Counted from the first letter of the stretch, positions 12,601 through 25,498 are shown. The stretch is DNA of 64,000 nucleotides from an uncultured bacterium (GCA_963784355.1 CAWAQU010000010.1:1-64000); one strand, 5' to 3'. The notes: generated by a model from the letters alone, not told the origin. Program-made: numbers and translations.

Positions 12601-15600
12601 ACATATTGATCTCCCCCACCAGTATACCCTTTTCCATTCACATCAATCTTAGCACCACTATCAACAGTTATGTTAGTAGAGTTGATACTTAATACATTAG
12701 CTTGGGTTGCTGTGTTACCTGCGTGAGTCAGTGTACCTCCATTATTAATAGTAAGATTAGTCCAATTGTATGTATTAGTTGTACCTAAGGTAACAACACT
12801 TCCGCTTTTAATCAAAAAAGTATTACTAACATTTATATTAACACTTGTTAAATCAATATTAGCATTCTCTGTTGTAAAGTTATTAAATGTAAAAGCTGAA
12901 CTAATAGGTGTAGTAGCAATATTACTTGAAGCAGTAGTATTTCTAATATTCAAATCACCATTGGCTTTATCAGCAGGCTTATCATATATTGTACCTGCTC
13001 CTCCGTGCTGTATTTCTCCAGTTCCTCCTGAAGCTGTAACAGCTCCTGAGAAGGTTTTACTTGCTGCTCCCGGGTAGTAAAGAGCAATACGGCCTCCTGC
13101 TCCGGCGCCTTCATATTGACTATTACCGCCACTAGCACTAATACTACCACTACCTGCCAGGGTATTAGCTGTAAGCCAGATTGATCCCCCTGAGCCTCCT
13201 CCACCATAAGCACCATTACTTCCATTACCACTAATACTACCATTAACTGTAATAGTACCAGTTGCTACAAGTTTAATAGCTCCTCCTCCGTTACCACTAC
13301 CAGCATAACCTCCACCTCCTCCACTACCTAAATCAGTAGGTTCGGTAAGTGATCCATAGCTGTTACCACCGCTTGTAGCATTATTACGACTATTTCCTCC
13401 TTTTCCTCCATAGCCTCCTCCCGCTCCTCTATCACTAGTGTTTAAACCAGCTCCAGGGCCGTTACCGTTAACATATTGATCTCCCCCACCAGTATACCCT
13501 TTTCCAACCCCATTAAGCGTACTACCTGTACCTATATTCACACTACTAGCATACACCTTAAGTCCAACTCCCTGAGCTACATTTACAGTAGTTCCTGCTG
13601 CTACAGTAAACACTCCTACGTTACAATATCTTCCTGTTAGAGTATCTCCATTAGCTGGAGTAAGATTTGCTCCTTGAAGATCATTATCACAGTCTAGTTT
13701 ATTTATACTTACTGTATTTGAGTCTACACTATTACCTGCTCCATTTGCAGCTATTATTTTAAATTGATAATCTTGACCTGGAGTAAGACCTGTTACTGTA
13801 CTATTTGGATTTGTATTAACTCCATCATTATATATTGTTTCAGTAGTAAAATTATTTTGACTATATTTAATTATATAATCAGTAATACCACTTCCATTAT
13901 CAAAAGGAGTTGTCCATTTTAAAAATACTTTATCTCCTTCTGTTTTATCTACAACTAAATCAGTAATAGGGTTAGCTTTACTAATACCTCCATAAGTAAA
14001 ACTATTAAATACAACTGAACTAGTCCCATCAGAGTTGGTAATCTTTACAGTTTGAGTACCTGTACCACTTGGAGTGTAAATTGTAGCTGTAGTAGAGTTT
14101 ACAAAGCTACCCAGTACTGAAGTAGTGCCGAAAGAAACAGTCACATACTTAGATTCAGATGCTAAGGTTAGGGTAGGTGAGTTGTTTGTATTGTAGAGTC
14201 TGTATTTGGTGTTTAGGTAGGATTCGATAATATTAATATTTTCCGTGGAAAGATCAGTATTTAATCCAATAATCTCGGCTACTTCAATATTTGAAAAATA
14301 GGTATCAGCCTCAGACCCAAGCTGCATTTGACGATTAAGAGTTGGATTATTAGTGTTTACACCCATTAACATAAAACTTGTAACTGGACCTATGTTAAAT
14401 GGTGAAGATAAGGTTGCACTATTTTTTCTCACTCCTCTTGGATAAGGATTACTATGAAAATAGGTTTGACCGGACTCAAACAAACCCATTCTATTAGTGC
14501 AACATCCAGTACTCAAAGGACCTCTTTCAATAACGCCCCCATAACTATTAAAACTAGCTGTATTTGATTTAAATACCGTAAAGTATTGAGCTATAGCATC
14601 AGAATTTGATAGTTTAAGTGTATCATTACTACCATCAAACCTAATCACAGGTAATCCATTAATCACCCCACTCTTATACACAGGTTGATTAGCTGCAGTA
14701 GTTTGAACAGCATTATTGTTACTACCACTTCTATCACTCCATTGACTGACAGCTTGTCCATCAGTACTAGTACCAACTCCATCATTGGCTTTTAACCATA
14801 ACTTATTATTAGTACCACTTAGTACTGAACCAAATGAAAAATTATTAAGATTACTTCCACTACTTAAACTTGAATCTCCATAAGTTAAATAAACAGTCTT
14901 ACTACTACTTGCTTCTAAGTTAGGAACTTTAAACCAAACTAAAGTACCGCTAGTATTACAACCTCCATCTATCCAATAACTAAGATCAGTAGTTCCATCA
15001 GCATCTTTTATTCTTAAGTCTCCACAATCACTTCTCATCTTACCAATACTAATTAAACTAGCAGTATCAACCATAACACTTCCCTCATAGCTAGTTAGGG
15101 GAGTAGTTGATGGGTTGGTTATTTTAATATCTCTTTTGTATTTATCCGACCCAAAGTTATTACCAGTAATAGTCAAAAAAGTACCTCCACTATTAGGACC
15201 TGTATTTGGAGAGATAGATGTGATAACCGGAGCTATATAACTAAAGCTAACAGTATTACTTTCAGTTCCATCTGGATTCACTACTTTTAATTGTACTGCA
15301 CCCAAAGCATGAGCTGGTGTAATTATTTTAAGTTGGGTTGAGGAGATGTATTGGGTTTGAGCACTAACTCCGTCAATGCTACCACCTCCAAAAGAACCTT
15401 CTATATTTGATATGGATACAGTTGGCATGGAGCTGGTATTGTAGAGCTTGTATTTTGTATTTAGGTAGGATTCTACTGTTTGGCGTTCAGAGTTGGAGAA
15501 AGCATTAGAAAAGACTAAGGTTTCTGCTATATCTCCACTATGATACTGCCCTGCTGAACCATCTGCTCCGATGTAACCTGTAGAAACAGTAGGCGCACTA

Positions 15601-18600
15601 GCTCCATTAGTTTTATTTACTAGTGACCCATTTGTTACCAGATCAATGTCATTAAGTGATCTTCTCACAACGCTACCTAGCATATAGCTTGAGCTTGCAT
15701 TTACACCTGAGGTCACTTCATTATTCTGCCATGCCCCCCAATTACCACTATCACTTAATCGGCTATAAACTCCAAGTGAACTAACGGTAACTAGACCTCG
15801 ATAGTTTGTACTTGCTTTGTTATTAAACACCACAAATACGCTTGGTGTAGTTGTATTAATTAAAGCACTAGTTAAAAAATCATCACTTCCATCAAACCTA
15901 ACCACAGGCAATCCATTAATCGCATTACTTGTATACACAGGCTGATTAGCCGTAGTAGCTTGAGTAGCATTATTGTTATTTCCACTGCTATCATTCCAAG
16001 TAGATACAACTGATCCACTGCAATTACCCGTACAAAATTGTATATCCTTTAGACCTGAGCCATTTTGATAAAAGGAAGTGTCTGCAACCAACGGGTAGCT
16101 ATTAGAACTGAGAACCCCCGACTTAGTTTTAAACACAGATCCGTTCTTTTTGTATAGTATATTGCCACCTGATGCCTCAACAGTAAATATATCACCAGTT
16201 GCATAAGTTCCATAACTGTTTACTCCATCAAAAACTCCTGATTCATATACTCTAAAGTTTCCATTCCCCCACAAATAAATTGCAAAATCTATATCTTCGT
16301 AAGACTGGTCTGTATCTCCTTTTGACAAACCAAACATAAGGTCAGTTCCGGCAGATGTAGCAGTAGCAGAAACATAACCATTGCCAGTTGTTATAGCATT
16401 AGTAGTAGAAGCGCCTGAACTCCCCCAACCGTCACCCACATTTTTGTTTATATTTCCACCACTTGAAGTGACACCGATTTTATTAGTGAATGTCGGAATA
16501 ACTAAATTTCCAGTATAATTTAGACTATTAGCCTTAAGCCATAGTTTATTATTGCTACTAGCAAGTAAAGAACCAAATGAAAAATTATTAATATTGCTTT
16601 GAGAAGTTAAGCTTTGGTTTCCATATACAGCACTTATTGTTTTGGTTGCATTTGCACTTATAGTAGGTACCTTTACCCAAACCAAAGTAGTCGGGGTATT
16701 ACAACCTCCATCTATCCAATAACTAAGATCAGTACTTCCATCAGCATCTTTTATTCTTAAATCTCCACAATCCGATTTCATTTTACCTGATGATATCAAT
16801 GATTGAGTATCTAATATAAAACTAGTTTCATAGTTACTAAGAGCTGAGCCTGGGTTAGTAATAGTGATACCTTTTTTATAACCAACACTTCCAAAATTAC
16901 TTCCATTAACAATAATCTCTTTACCTCCTGTTGTAGGACTGTCACTAGAACTTAATGAACTAATACTAGGTGCAGCATAAGTAAAGTTTAGACTATTAGT
17001 TTCTGTTCCATCAGGATTAACTATTTTTACTGTAACTGTACCAGGAGCATGCTGAGGAGTTGTAAACTTTAATTGAGATTGGGAAAGTAACTGAGCGCCA
17101 CTAACTATAGTTCCATCTAGCTTTACTTTATTTAGGGATAGTTCGGTGCCTATTGTAGTGGTTGGTTCTGTTTGTGTATATTTCCTTACTCTAACATAGT
17201 CCCAATTAGTCTCATAATTTTGCCCGGTGTTTGCATTATCATATCTGGTACCTAAAGCGATAGGTTCATTGTTTACGTTATTACTAATGTCTCCTACATC
17301 CCAATAACTAGAACTTGTGTCCAAATTGAGTATTTTTAAATTTGTTGTGGTAGTATTTTTTACAATAATTTTATACAGTAAATTATTATTTGGGGTTTGG
17401 TCATTTTTAGGTACCCAACTCCCATCACTTCTATAGTAAGCATTGCCGGGGTGATTAAGCCAACCAATATTATTTACGCTATCTACATAAAACCCTCCAA
17501 TCATTATTCCATTATTTGCTATTGTAGGAGTTTTTGCTTTAATTTCTTGGATAACTCCAGCTGAAAAATTAGATTTAGATGTAAGTCTGCCTGAAGTATT
17601 TGTACCTTTTAAATTACCCGCTGAAACAGTAAATCCTGTACCGTCATTTATAGTCCACTTGCTGCTATCTATACTATTCCCGTCAAATCCGTCAAAAAAT
17701 TCAAAAACGTTGCTACCATTACTCTCACTAACCAAACTACTATTACCATAATTCAAATAAATACTCTTACTTGCTCCGGCTGAAATACTAGGTACTTTTG
17801 CCCAAATTACAGTACTACCACTACCACAACCTCCATCTATCCAATAATTCAAACTAGTAGTTTTATCACTATCCTTTATTCTTAAATCCCCACAATCACT
17901 TTTCATCTTACCTGTGCTTATCAAGCTAGCTGTATCTAAAGTAAAACTAACTTCGTAATCAGTTAAATTAGTTGCTCCAGCTCCACTATTATTAATCACT
18001 ACTTCTCTCTCATAACCATTCCCAAAATTACTACCATCAATAACTACTTCAGTCCCTCCACTTGTAGCTCCACTACTAGGACTAAGACTAGTTATCTTAG
18101 TAACAAAAGTAACACTACTTGTATCACTAGCTACTCCACTACCACTTGAATTTGTTGCAACTACTCTAAAACTATAGTTAGGCCCAAACTTTAAATTATT
18201 TATTGTAGTACTTGTTCCTGTAATTGAATTTGAGTGAGTAAAAATATTATTGTTAAATCCATCATTACTATACTGAACACTATAACTACTTGCTCCACTT
18301 GTACTATTCCAGCTTAAATTAGCACTAATCTCATCAGCATTTTTAACTGCACTAAGTCCTGTAACTTTATCAGGTACTCCTAAGGGAGAACTAGATTCAT
18401 TAGAGGTAGCTAAAGTATAGTAACCATCTTGTAAATCAGCATTTGCTACAGAAAAGCTAATTTGATCACCATTAGCTAGGGTAGGGGTAGTATTTGCTAC
18501 AGTAGAAAAACTACCTGTGTTACTAGATCTATAAAGCAATCTATAGTTACTAATGTTTCCGGGTAATCCACCTGTATATTTACTTAAATCAAAACTAACT

Positions 18601-20844
18601 TTAGCATCTACTCCATCAGTAACAGTCTTTTTAATACCCCAGACTTTATTCCATCTTTTAGTTGTTCCTGAAGGTAGGTCAGAAGTTACTACTGTTTTAC
18701 CAGCTCCATCATTACCTGCAAAAACATACTCTCCATCAGCTAAGCTGTTGTTGGATTGAGCTAGCTCTAATTCATCACTAAGATTGTTATTTACTCCTCC
18801 ATCAGACTCTTTACCAATACCGGCAAGGTTATTTGTAGCAGAGGTTAAGTTGTATTTACTGCTGGAAAGAGTTAGACCATACTTAGAAGCTAAGTAGTTT
18901 TCTATGATTGTGCGTTCTGTGGTAGACAAAGCTTTTGGTAGGATTATTATTTCGGAGATGTCGCCTTTTAAATTGTAAGCTGAGTTAGCAGGGTAATTTC
19001 CTATCTTAGTAATATTGAATGCATCGGTAGCCATGCCTGAGTTTGTAGGACCCGCTGTGCCATTTAAATAGCTTATTGCAGTTGTCCCATTTTGAACTGA
19101 GCCCATTACCGCATAGCTATTATCTAATGTGGATCCAGATTCTGCTACTCCTCCTGCACCGCTGCCGGCATCATTGTGGGCTATTACAAATTTATTTCTC
19201 TTATCAGGTCCTGTATAGTTTGTATAATTACTTGTCGTGACTACACCAAAATATTTATCTGATGGACCTGTTCCTAAATAAATACTACCTGTTGCAGAGT
19301 CATTATTATTGGCAACAATGAAAGCTGATACCTTATCGCTAAAACTAACATTATTTAGGTCAAAGTTTTTTGAACCATCAAACCTAACAACCGGCTTACT
19401 ATTTAAAGTATTATCAACTAAACTAGGTTGACTTATAGCTGTAGCTTGAGTAGCATTATTCCCAATACCACTTTGATCTTGCCAGTTACTAATTTTCCCT
19501 GATCCGTCTTTTGTTATTCCACTATCGGCTTTAAGCCATAAACTTGTTTTGATTGTATCGCAACCTGTAACAGGTAAGGCGTATTTTTTGGATAGGTAGC
19601 ATTCTACTTGTTTTTGCTCTACAATACTTAAATCTCTATCGTAAGTTAGTACTTCAGCAACATCACCATTCATCCCTCTATTAGCTCCATGGCCAAGACC
19701 AATATCACTAAAACTAGTAATTGTAGTTAAATTTAAGGTTAACAATCTTGCACTAGTAGTTTTAACCAAAGATCCAACAGAGGTTTGAACGCCATTACTA
19801 TAAGCTGTGCCATTACATACATTTGCTGAAGCGTTGCTACAACCAATTAATCCTGCACCGGTCTGTCCATGTAAGGGATAATTTGCTCCATTACCCAGAA
19901 CTACTGTTTCATAATCAGCTGTAAGGTATGGGGAGGATCCTGAAGGGTGATTAAATACAAAAAAAGTGGTTTTAGCTCCCACAGTTGGAAAAGTTAAACC
20001 TTGCTGTACATTGTTATTTTGAGCAAATCTAACTACAGGTCTATTATTAAAACCACTATCAACCAACAACGGCTGACTACCCTCGCTACTCTGACTAGCA
20101 TTATTACTATTCCCACCACTAACATCATTCCAACTCTTCACATACTTAGTTCCGCCACTATCTCTAACCTGACTACTATCACTTGCATCAATTTGACTAG
20201 CATCTAATCTTAACTTTAATCCATCTGTAACTGTTAAATCATCAGGATCATTATTATAGTTTAATCCTGCGCTTCCTTTCTCAGCATCATCATCAAGTAT
20301 AGTATAGGTAAAACTAGCAGTACTACCTAAAACAACTCCACCGGTAGGACTAGACAGCGTAACTACAACAGTCTCATTACTTTCAACCCCACTATCATTA
20401 ACTATCTTTTAAAGGAACACTACCAACTGTTTGGCCTGCTGGAATAACTAAACTTCCACTAGCTAAACTATAGTCAGCTCCATTACCTGTAGCCGTACCA
20501 CCTGTGACAGTAAAATTAACTGAAGTACTACTAGTAGTAGCCTGAGATAAATTAACAGTAACTGAAGGATTACTAGTAACTTCAAGACCTGCTGATGAAC
20601 TAGTAAGAAACTGTATAGTACTACTACTTGCCTTAGCATTATTTAAATTTAAAAGACTAGGTAATATAGCTGTGATAATTACTATTGTACCTAGACCAAT
20701 TAAACTACCAAGGACTATTATCTTCTGTTTTTTATGTAGTCTAAGTTTATCTAAACCCAAGGAAGGTCTGGTTAACTTGTTAAACTTAAGCCTTTTATTT
20801 AGATTTACCTTAGCACTCTTTAATACTTTACTTAAAAAGTTCAT
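3667..20844 (-). CDS. Giant (~5,700 aa reconstructed) surface adhesin: signal/TM, Calx-beta, LamG-like domains, FN3, IPT/TIG, 3x DUF2341, Gly-rich repeats, many SdrD-B repeats; broken by about 10 frameshifts
   Basis: Collinear same-strand ORFs 20398..20844, 8553..20141, 7870..8244, 6677..7990 and smaller pieces down to 3667..5205 carry the same repeat types (FRDDNxNG..D.GE SdrD-B; KMKSDCGDLRIKD DUF2341; LWLKA..W.D.SG.NNA.Q). The gaps translate in other frames, e.g. NDSGVESNETVVVTLSSP (Calx-beta) at ~20340-20400. Confidence 0.8.
12204..13506. repeat. Apparently identical 433-bp direct repeat (12204-12636 and 13074-13506) encoding the Gly-rich module of the adhesin
   Basis: Sequences match at an offset of 870 bp; the peptide GKGYTGGGDQYVNGNGPGAG...GAGAGGRIALYY appears twice. 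Confidence 0.92.
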
Positions 20845-21122
20845 ACTTTTGTTTTTGTTTCTTTTTTATTTTGCTTTTTTACCTACCTAGTTCAGGCTTT
20901 TAAGATGTTGTGGAGGTTACTTTCCTTTTGTTTATTTTCCATGATTATATTCTACTTTTTTATTTTATGCAAACGTGTGGGGAAGATAGTGTTTTAGGGA
21001 AAACTTTTACAAATATGAAAAAAGCTGTGTAAATATTTTTAATATAAATCTATCTGTCACTTGGCGGGCAAGTTTTGACTTATAGATGCTAAGATACACT
21101 TAGACTAACTAAAATAGTTAAT

Positions 21123-21439
21123 ATGAAATGGAGTAAAACTGACTTTGAAAATGTTATTAAAAAAAGACTGGATGAGCTTGATAATCGTATATCTCCAGTT
21201 ATAACTACGTTTCTATCAAATAAAAAAGAGTATCAAAAAGTTAGATGGAATGAAATACTTGTGGTTATAGAATCAGCCATAGCGGAAAGGGGTATTCTAA
21301 GGACAGCACTGATTTACAGGTTGTAATTAATCAAACTGAAGATGATTTGGGCATTACAAAAATGAGAGAAGATAGAGAAAAAGGGCAAGAACAAACTAAA
21401 CATAGCAAAGAGGGTGGTTTTTTAGGTAAAATCAGGTAA
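21123..21439 (+). CDS. Hypothetical protein, probably frameshifted near 21290
   Basis: 67-aa ORF; a second frame continues ..GYSKDSTDLQVVINQTEDDLGITKMREDRE..GGFLGKIR to a stop at 21439. Confidence 0.45.
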
Positions 21440-21458
21440 TTTAAGGAACTGCCAAAGT

Positions 21459-23258
21459 TTAACTGCTCATAGTTTCAGCCAATCTTTCTAGCTCTTCTAC
21501 CATACTTTCAATAGTCTTGATACCTTTTTGATAAAATTCCGGAGATTTAATATCTATACCATTTTCGATTAAAAGCTCATAGGGTGGTTTACTATCGCCA
21601 CTTCTTAAAATATTTTTGTATTTTTCCACAAAATCTTTGCCTTCCTCTTCATATTTTTCATACAGAGCTAAACTAAGAATGTTGCCAAATGCATAGGCGT
21701 AGCAATAAAATGGTGTATTAAATATATGTGGTATAGCAGACCAAGCTGAATCTTTCTCACCTTCTACACTGTATTCCACAGCATCACCAGTCAATTTTTG
21801 TTTTTCTTCTCGCCATAAAAGATTATAATCCTCGTAGCTCAATTCTTTAGATGAAATTACTGTTTCATGTACTTTCCTTTCAAATAAAGTAAACTGTACC
21901 TGCACAAAAATAGTACTGAACATATCCTGTAAATTGCTTTCTAAAAGTGCTAGTTGATCTTTTTCGGGCAGTTGCTGTCTGAGTTTGTTATTTAACAATG
22001 TTTCACTAAAAATCGAAGCAGTTTCCCCCAAAGCTAAGCCACTATAGTACACTTGAGGCTTTTGCACTCTGGACATGTAGGCATGAATTGAATGACCAAA
22101 TTCATGGGCTATTGTAGAAACATCATTTAATTTATTAGTAAAATTTAAAAAAACATAGCTGGGATACATGCAATCATAGACACAAAAGGCTCCACTTCGC
22201 TTGCCCGGCTTTGGAAATACATCTACTCTACCGCTTTTTGCCAATTCGCAAATATAATCATAAAATTCTTGATCAAAATCCTTCAACAAATCTAAATACA
22301 TTTCCAGCCCCTCCTCATAAGAATAAGTTTTGTCGCTATCAGTAACAGGGGCCAATAAATCCCAATCCATCAACTTGTCTTTACCAAGTAACTTTGCTTT
22401 TACTTTTAAATACCTGTGGTACAAAGGATAAGCTTTTTCCACTTCCGATAATAGTAAATTAATTGATTCTAAAGGTATTTGCTGGCTTAGGTGGCGAGGC
22501 GACATTACATTATCGTACTCTCTTAACTTTATCTCACTGGTCCAATCCTTTATAACAGCACTATAAACATTTCCAAGTGTGATTTGATTTTGTTTGGTAG
22601 TATACACTTCTCTAATTGATCTGATAGCCTCTTTGCGTACCTCTTCCTTTGCACTCATTCTAAGGCTTCTTACTTCATCCTCAGTCATAACTTTTTCTTC
22701 CCCGTCAATTATTACCTTAAACAAAAAAGAATTAGTTAGCTCTTCGTATAGATTTTGAAAGGCTGATCCACCGGAGTTTTCTTTTAAATTTAGTGCAAAC
22801 TCTGTTTTTTCATCTAGTAAATATTTTATTGAATTAGCTTTCTTAACAAAGTAATTACTATAGTCTTTAAGCACGGGATTTTGAGAAAACTCCATCAATT
22901 TTTCATACCCGATTTCTTTAAATTCCTGTGAAATAAATAGAGTTTTATTGCTTAGCTCCGTCATTAAATTTTCAAATTCAGCTTGTTTTTTTAGTACTTG
23001 TTGATTTTGAGTATCTAGGGAAGATAGGTAAAAATAAAACGAACCGATTTTGTCTATTAATAAGTCCAATTCATTATCTTTTTCAAAAAATTCGACTAAT
23101 CCATCAGGGTTTAAATTTTTTATCCCACCTTTGTATTTTACCACAAAATTTTCCACCAAATCTTTTAGTTTTTCTGTATCCGATTCAATTTGTGGATCGC
23201 TTATGTCCTTGTAAAAAATAGTTAAATCCCAATTAGTTTTTATATCAAATCCCAACAT
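21459..23258 (-). CDS. pepF: Oligoendopeptidase F (M3B peptidase)
   Basis: WDLT N-terminus, PGKRSGAFC, HEFGH zinc motif, ETAS, WSAIPHIF..PFYCYAYAFG. Confidence 0.93.
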   Translation of the reverse strand: MLGFDIKTNWDLTIFYKDISDPQIESDTEKLKDLVENFVVKYKGGIKNLNPDGLVEFFEKDNELDLLIDKIGSFYFYLSSLDTQNQQVLKKQAEFENLMTELSNKTLFISQEFKEIGYEKLMEFSQNPVLKDYSNYFVKKANSIKYLLDEKTEFALNLKENSGGSAFQNLYEELTNSFLFKVIIDGEEKVMTEDEVRSLRMSAKEEVRKEAIRSIREVYTTKQNQITLGNVYSAVIKDWTSEIKLREYDNVMSPRHLSQQIPLESINLLLSEVEKAYPLYHRYLKVKAKLLGKDKLMDWDLLAPVTDSDKTYSYEEGLEMYLDLLKDFDQEFYDYICELAKSGRVDVFPKPGKRSGAFCVYDCMYPSYVFLNFTNKLNDVSTIAHEFGHSIHAYMSRVQKPQVYYSGLALGETASIFSETLLNNKLRQQLPEKDQLALLESNLQDMFSTIFVQVQFTLFERKVHETVISSKELSYEDYNLLWREEKQKLTGDAVEYSVEGEKDSAWSAIPHIFNTPFYCYAYAFGNILSLALYEKYEEEGKDFVEKYKNILRSGDSKPPYELLIENGIDIKSPEFYQKGIKTIESMVEELERLAETMSS

Positions 23259-23456
23259 AATTAAATAGTAAAGTTTGTTTTATTGCCTTTTTTCATGTAT
23301 TTTTTAATTATAAGATAATTGTACATTATTCTAAAGAGCCAAAATAATGCAACTGCAGCGATAACAAATGAGGCAACCACAATCAAAATCATATCATTAG
23401 GCATGCTAAAATACTATTTACTAAAGTAGCCTTTGTCAATTTTAAACAACCTTTTC

Positions 23457-25076
23457 TTAAGCATTTAAAAATCTATCAATTTCATTTGCAATACCTTCAA
23501 TTTTGCCTGGATAATCTCCATTTGGGTTATAAATTTTTAACCTTCTTTCAACTGAAACACCTCTATCATCAAATTTTTTCCACCATTTGCAAAGTAAATC
23601 AAATCCTCCATTCCAGTCGGTAAAGGTCAAATTACTACCTGAATCAGTTAAACCTAAAGAGAAAATATTTTTATGTTCACCTGGTCTAGTCAAGTTGCCG
23701 TTTGCTGTGTATCTATCGGTACCAAACCTACTTTCCACTCTGGCAATTGCCATGATATATTTTACCGGAATATTGCACTGAAGGGAAGTTTCCAAATATT
23801 TAGCCCCATGAACAGGTACTGAATAATCTCTATCCAAGGGCTCGTAGGAGCGATTTTTAGCGATATACTTTTCAATCCTCACTATTTGGTTTAAATATTG
23901 TAATTTAATATCTTTATTTTCAATTTCTTTTTGAATGTTATCACCCGAAATTTTATCAAGCTCCTCAAGTTTACTTACTCCAAATAGATTGAGTAGTGAC
24001 GTTTTACCAGGCTCTTTGTTTGTTTCTGTGGATGAAGTTGAGCTTGCAATTATTTCATTAATTTTATCTTTACTTACGACTTTTTCAATTCTTCCTATTT
24101 CTTCTTGGTTATTAGGATCAATTGATTTACATGTTTTAGGGTTAATAAAAGTAAATAAATTTTCAGAGTCACTACTGTCTTTTGAGCAAGTGTTTGCTGA
24201 AAGTGGGTTTGTATCCAAATAAAATTCTTCTAGATTAGTGAGCCCATCAGTATCCAAATCCTCATATGCTGCTGAAAAAGTATAGTTTTTTTCTTTAATC
24301 CATTTATCATATTCAGGATTATTAGCAGCTATCTGATCTGGTTTAATTATGTTTTCATTTTGGCTGGCTTTAGCTGATGCCGGGTTTTGACTAAATTTAC
24401 CCAAACTAAAATTTACACCAGTGCCCAATAAAACCAATAAAACAGCAGCAGTTACAAATTTTTTCAGCTTACCTTTTTTCCCTACTTTTAGTTTTTTACC
24501 AAATAATTTTTCAGTACTAAAACCACTGCTAAAGTTTAAATAAAAAGGTTTTTTTGAGTTATCAATATCCTGGTAAATCTGATTGGTTAGGGTAGGGGAG
24601 TTACGATTATTTTGTGTGAAAGTCTGTAAAAATTCGTCTTGTCGCTGAGTTTTTTTGGATTGTAATCTTCTATTGATTTCTTCCAAAATTTGTGGGTTTG
24701 AAGGGCTGGTAGCAAGTATATTATTCCCTGACAGGAAATTTGTTTTATTGGGGTTAGGGTTGAAGCGTTGTTGTGTTTGTATTGGATTAAAAACTTTGTT
24801 AGGTTTTTTTACTGCTTCATGTATCAATTTATCAGGTTTGGTCGGGAAACTTATGACAATTAACGGGTTTTGATTCTTGCTTTCTGCTTTTAGGTTAGTC
24901 TGGTTACTTTGTAAAGGTCTTTTATCAGTATGATTGAATGCTTCTTTAGGATAAAAATTAGGGTTATGCTGATTCTGAGCGGGGTTAATATTACCACTAT
25001 TGGAGTTTTGCCTTAAATTAGGCGTTTGGTTAAATTGATTATTATAGTAATTACTATAGTAGTCTTGTTTTTGCAT
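23457..25076 (-). CDS. Membrane-anchored protein with Q/N-rich disordered N-terminus, Ca-binding DxDGL repeat and C-terminal lysozyme-like (glucosaminidase/SLT-type) domain
   Basis: TM FVTAAVLLVLLGTGVNF; DLDTDGLTNLEEFYLDTNP; YIMAIARVESRFGT..KNIFSLG. Confidence 0.65.
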   Translation of the reverse strand: MQKQDYYSNYYNNQFNQTPNLRQNSNSGNINPAQNQHNPNFYPKEAFNHTDKRPLQSNQTNLKAESKNQNPLIVISFPTKPDKLIHEAVKKPNKVFNPIQTQQRFNPNPNKTNFLSGNNILATSPSNPQILEEINRRLQSKKTQRQDEFLQTFTQNNRNSPTLTNQIYQDIDNSKKPFYLNFSSGFSTEKLFGKKLKVGKKGKLKKFVTAAVLLVLLGTGVNFSLGKFSQNPASAKASQNENIIKPDQIAANNPEYDKWIKEKNYTFSAAYEDLDTDGLTNLEEFYLDTNPLSANTCSKDSSDSENLFTFINPKTCKSIDPNNQEEIGRIEKVVSKDKINEIIASSTSSTETNKEPGKTSLLNLFGVSKLEELDKISGDNIQKEIENKDIKLQYLNQIVRIEKYIAKNRSYEPLDRDYSVPVHGAKYLETSLQCNIPVKYIMAIARVESRFGTDRYTANGNLTRPGEHKNIFSLGLTDSGSNLTFTDWNGGFDLLCKWWKKFDDRGVSVERRLKIYNPNGDYPGKIEGIANEIDRFLNA

Positions 25077-25397
25077 TTGTGTCTGTTTATCAATTTTTAT
25101 TTCTGTTTGCGGTATTATACGTTACTTTTTTAAAGTATGCAAATTCCTATTTGCATAGAAAACACAAGGGTTTATTGGTGGTCTTACTTTTTTTTATATT
25201 TTTTATCGCGTATTGAAAAATCTTATTTAGATAATCCAAGCCATTTACATATGTGATATTAGCTAGTAGCTTATTTAGCAAAAACTAAATGTCATCCATC
25301 TTTTCTTTAAAAACCATTAAAAACTTAGAAACTTTTACTTGACAAAAACCTAAAATTCCACTCTAAATATTATTGTTAACTCAACAAATATACAGCT

Positions 25398-25473
25398 GGA
25401 CCTGTAGCTCAGTCGGTAGAGCAATGGCCTTTTAAGCCAGTGGTCGTGGGTTCGATCCCCACCGGGTCCACCA
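25398..25473 (+). tRNA. tRNA-Lys(TTT)
   Basis: GGACCTG/CGGGTCC acceptor stem, anticodon loop CTTTTAA, GTTCGAT T-loop, encoded CCA. Confidence 0.96.
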
Positions 25474-25498
25474 TTTAAATCAATTTTAGTAAGTAAAT

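Noticed and set aside
12149-13506. TR/VR pair of a diversity-generating retroelement; duplicate ORFs 12149..12373 and 12950..13243
   Set aside because: The copies show no adenine-specific differences and no reverse transcriptase is in the window; the small ORFs are off-frame shadows of the adhesin
3667-20844. Alternative genetic code (TGA=Gly) as the cause of ORF fragmentation
   Set aside because: The breaks are frame changes rather than in-frame TGA, and very long Gly-rich ORFs are open under code 11
25465-25474. tRNA-Lys 3' end as attL
   Set aside because: It has the same core, but the integrase directly abuts tRNA-Ala, so the Ala site is the simpler boundary
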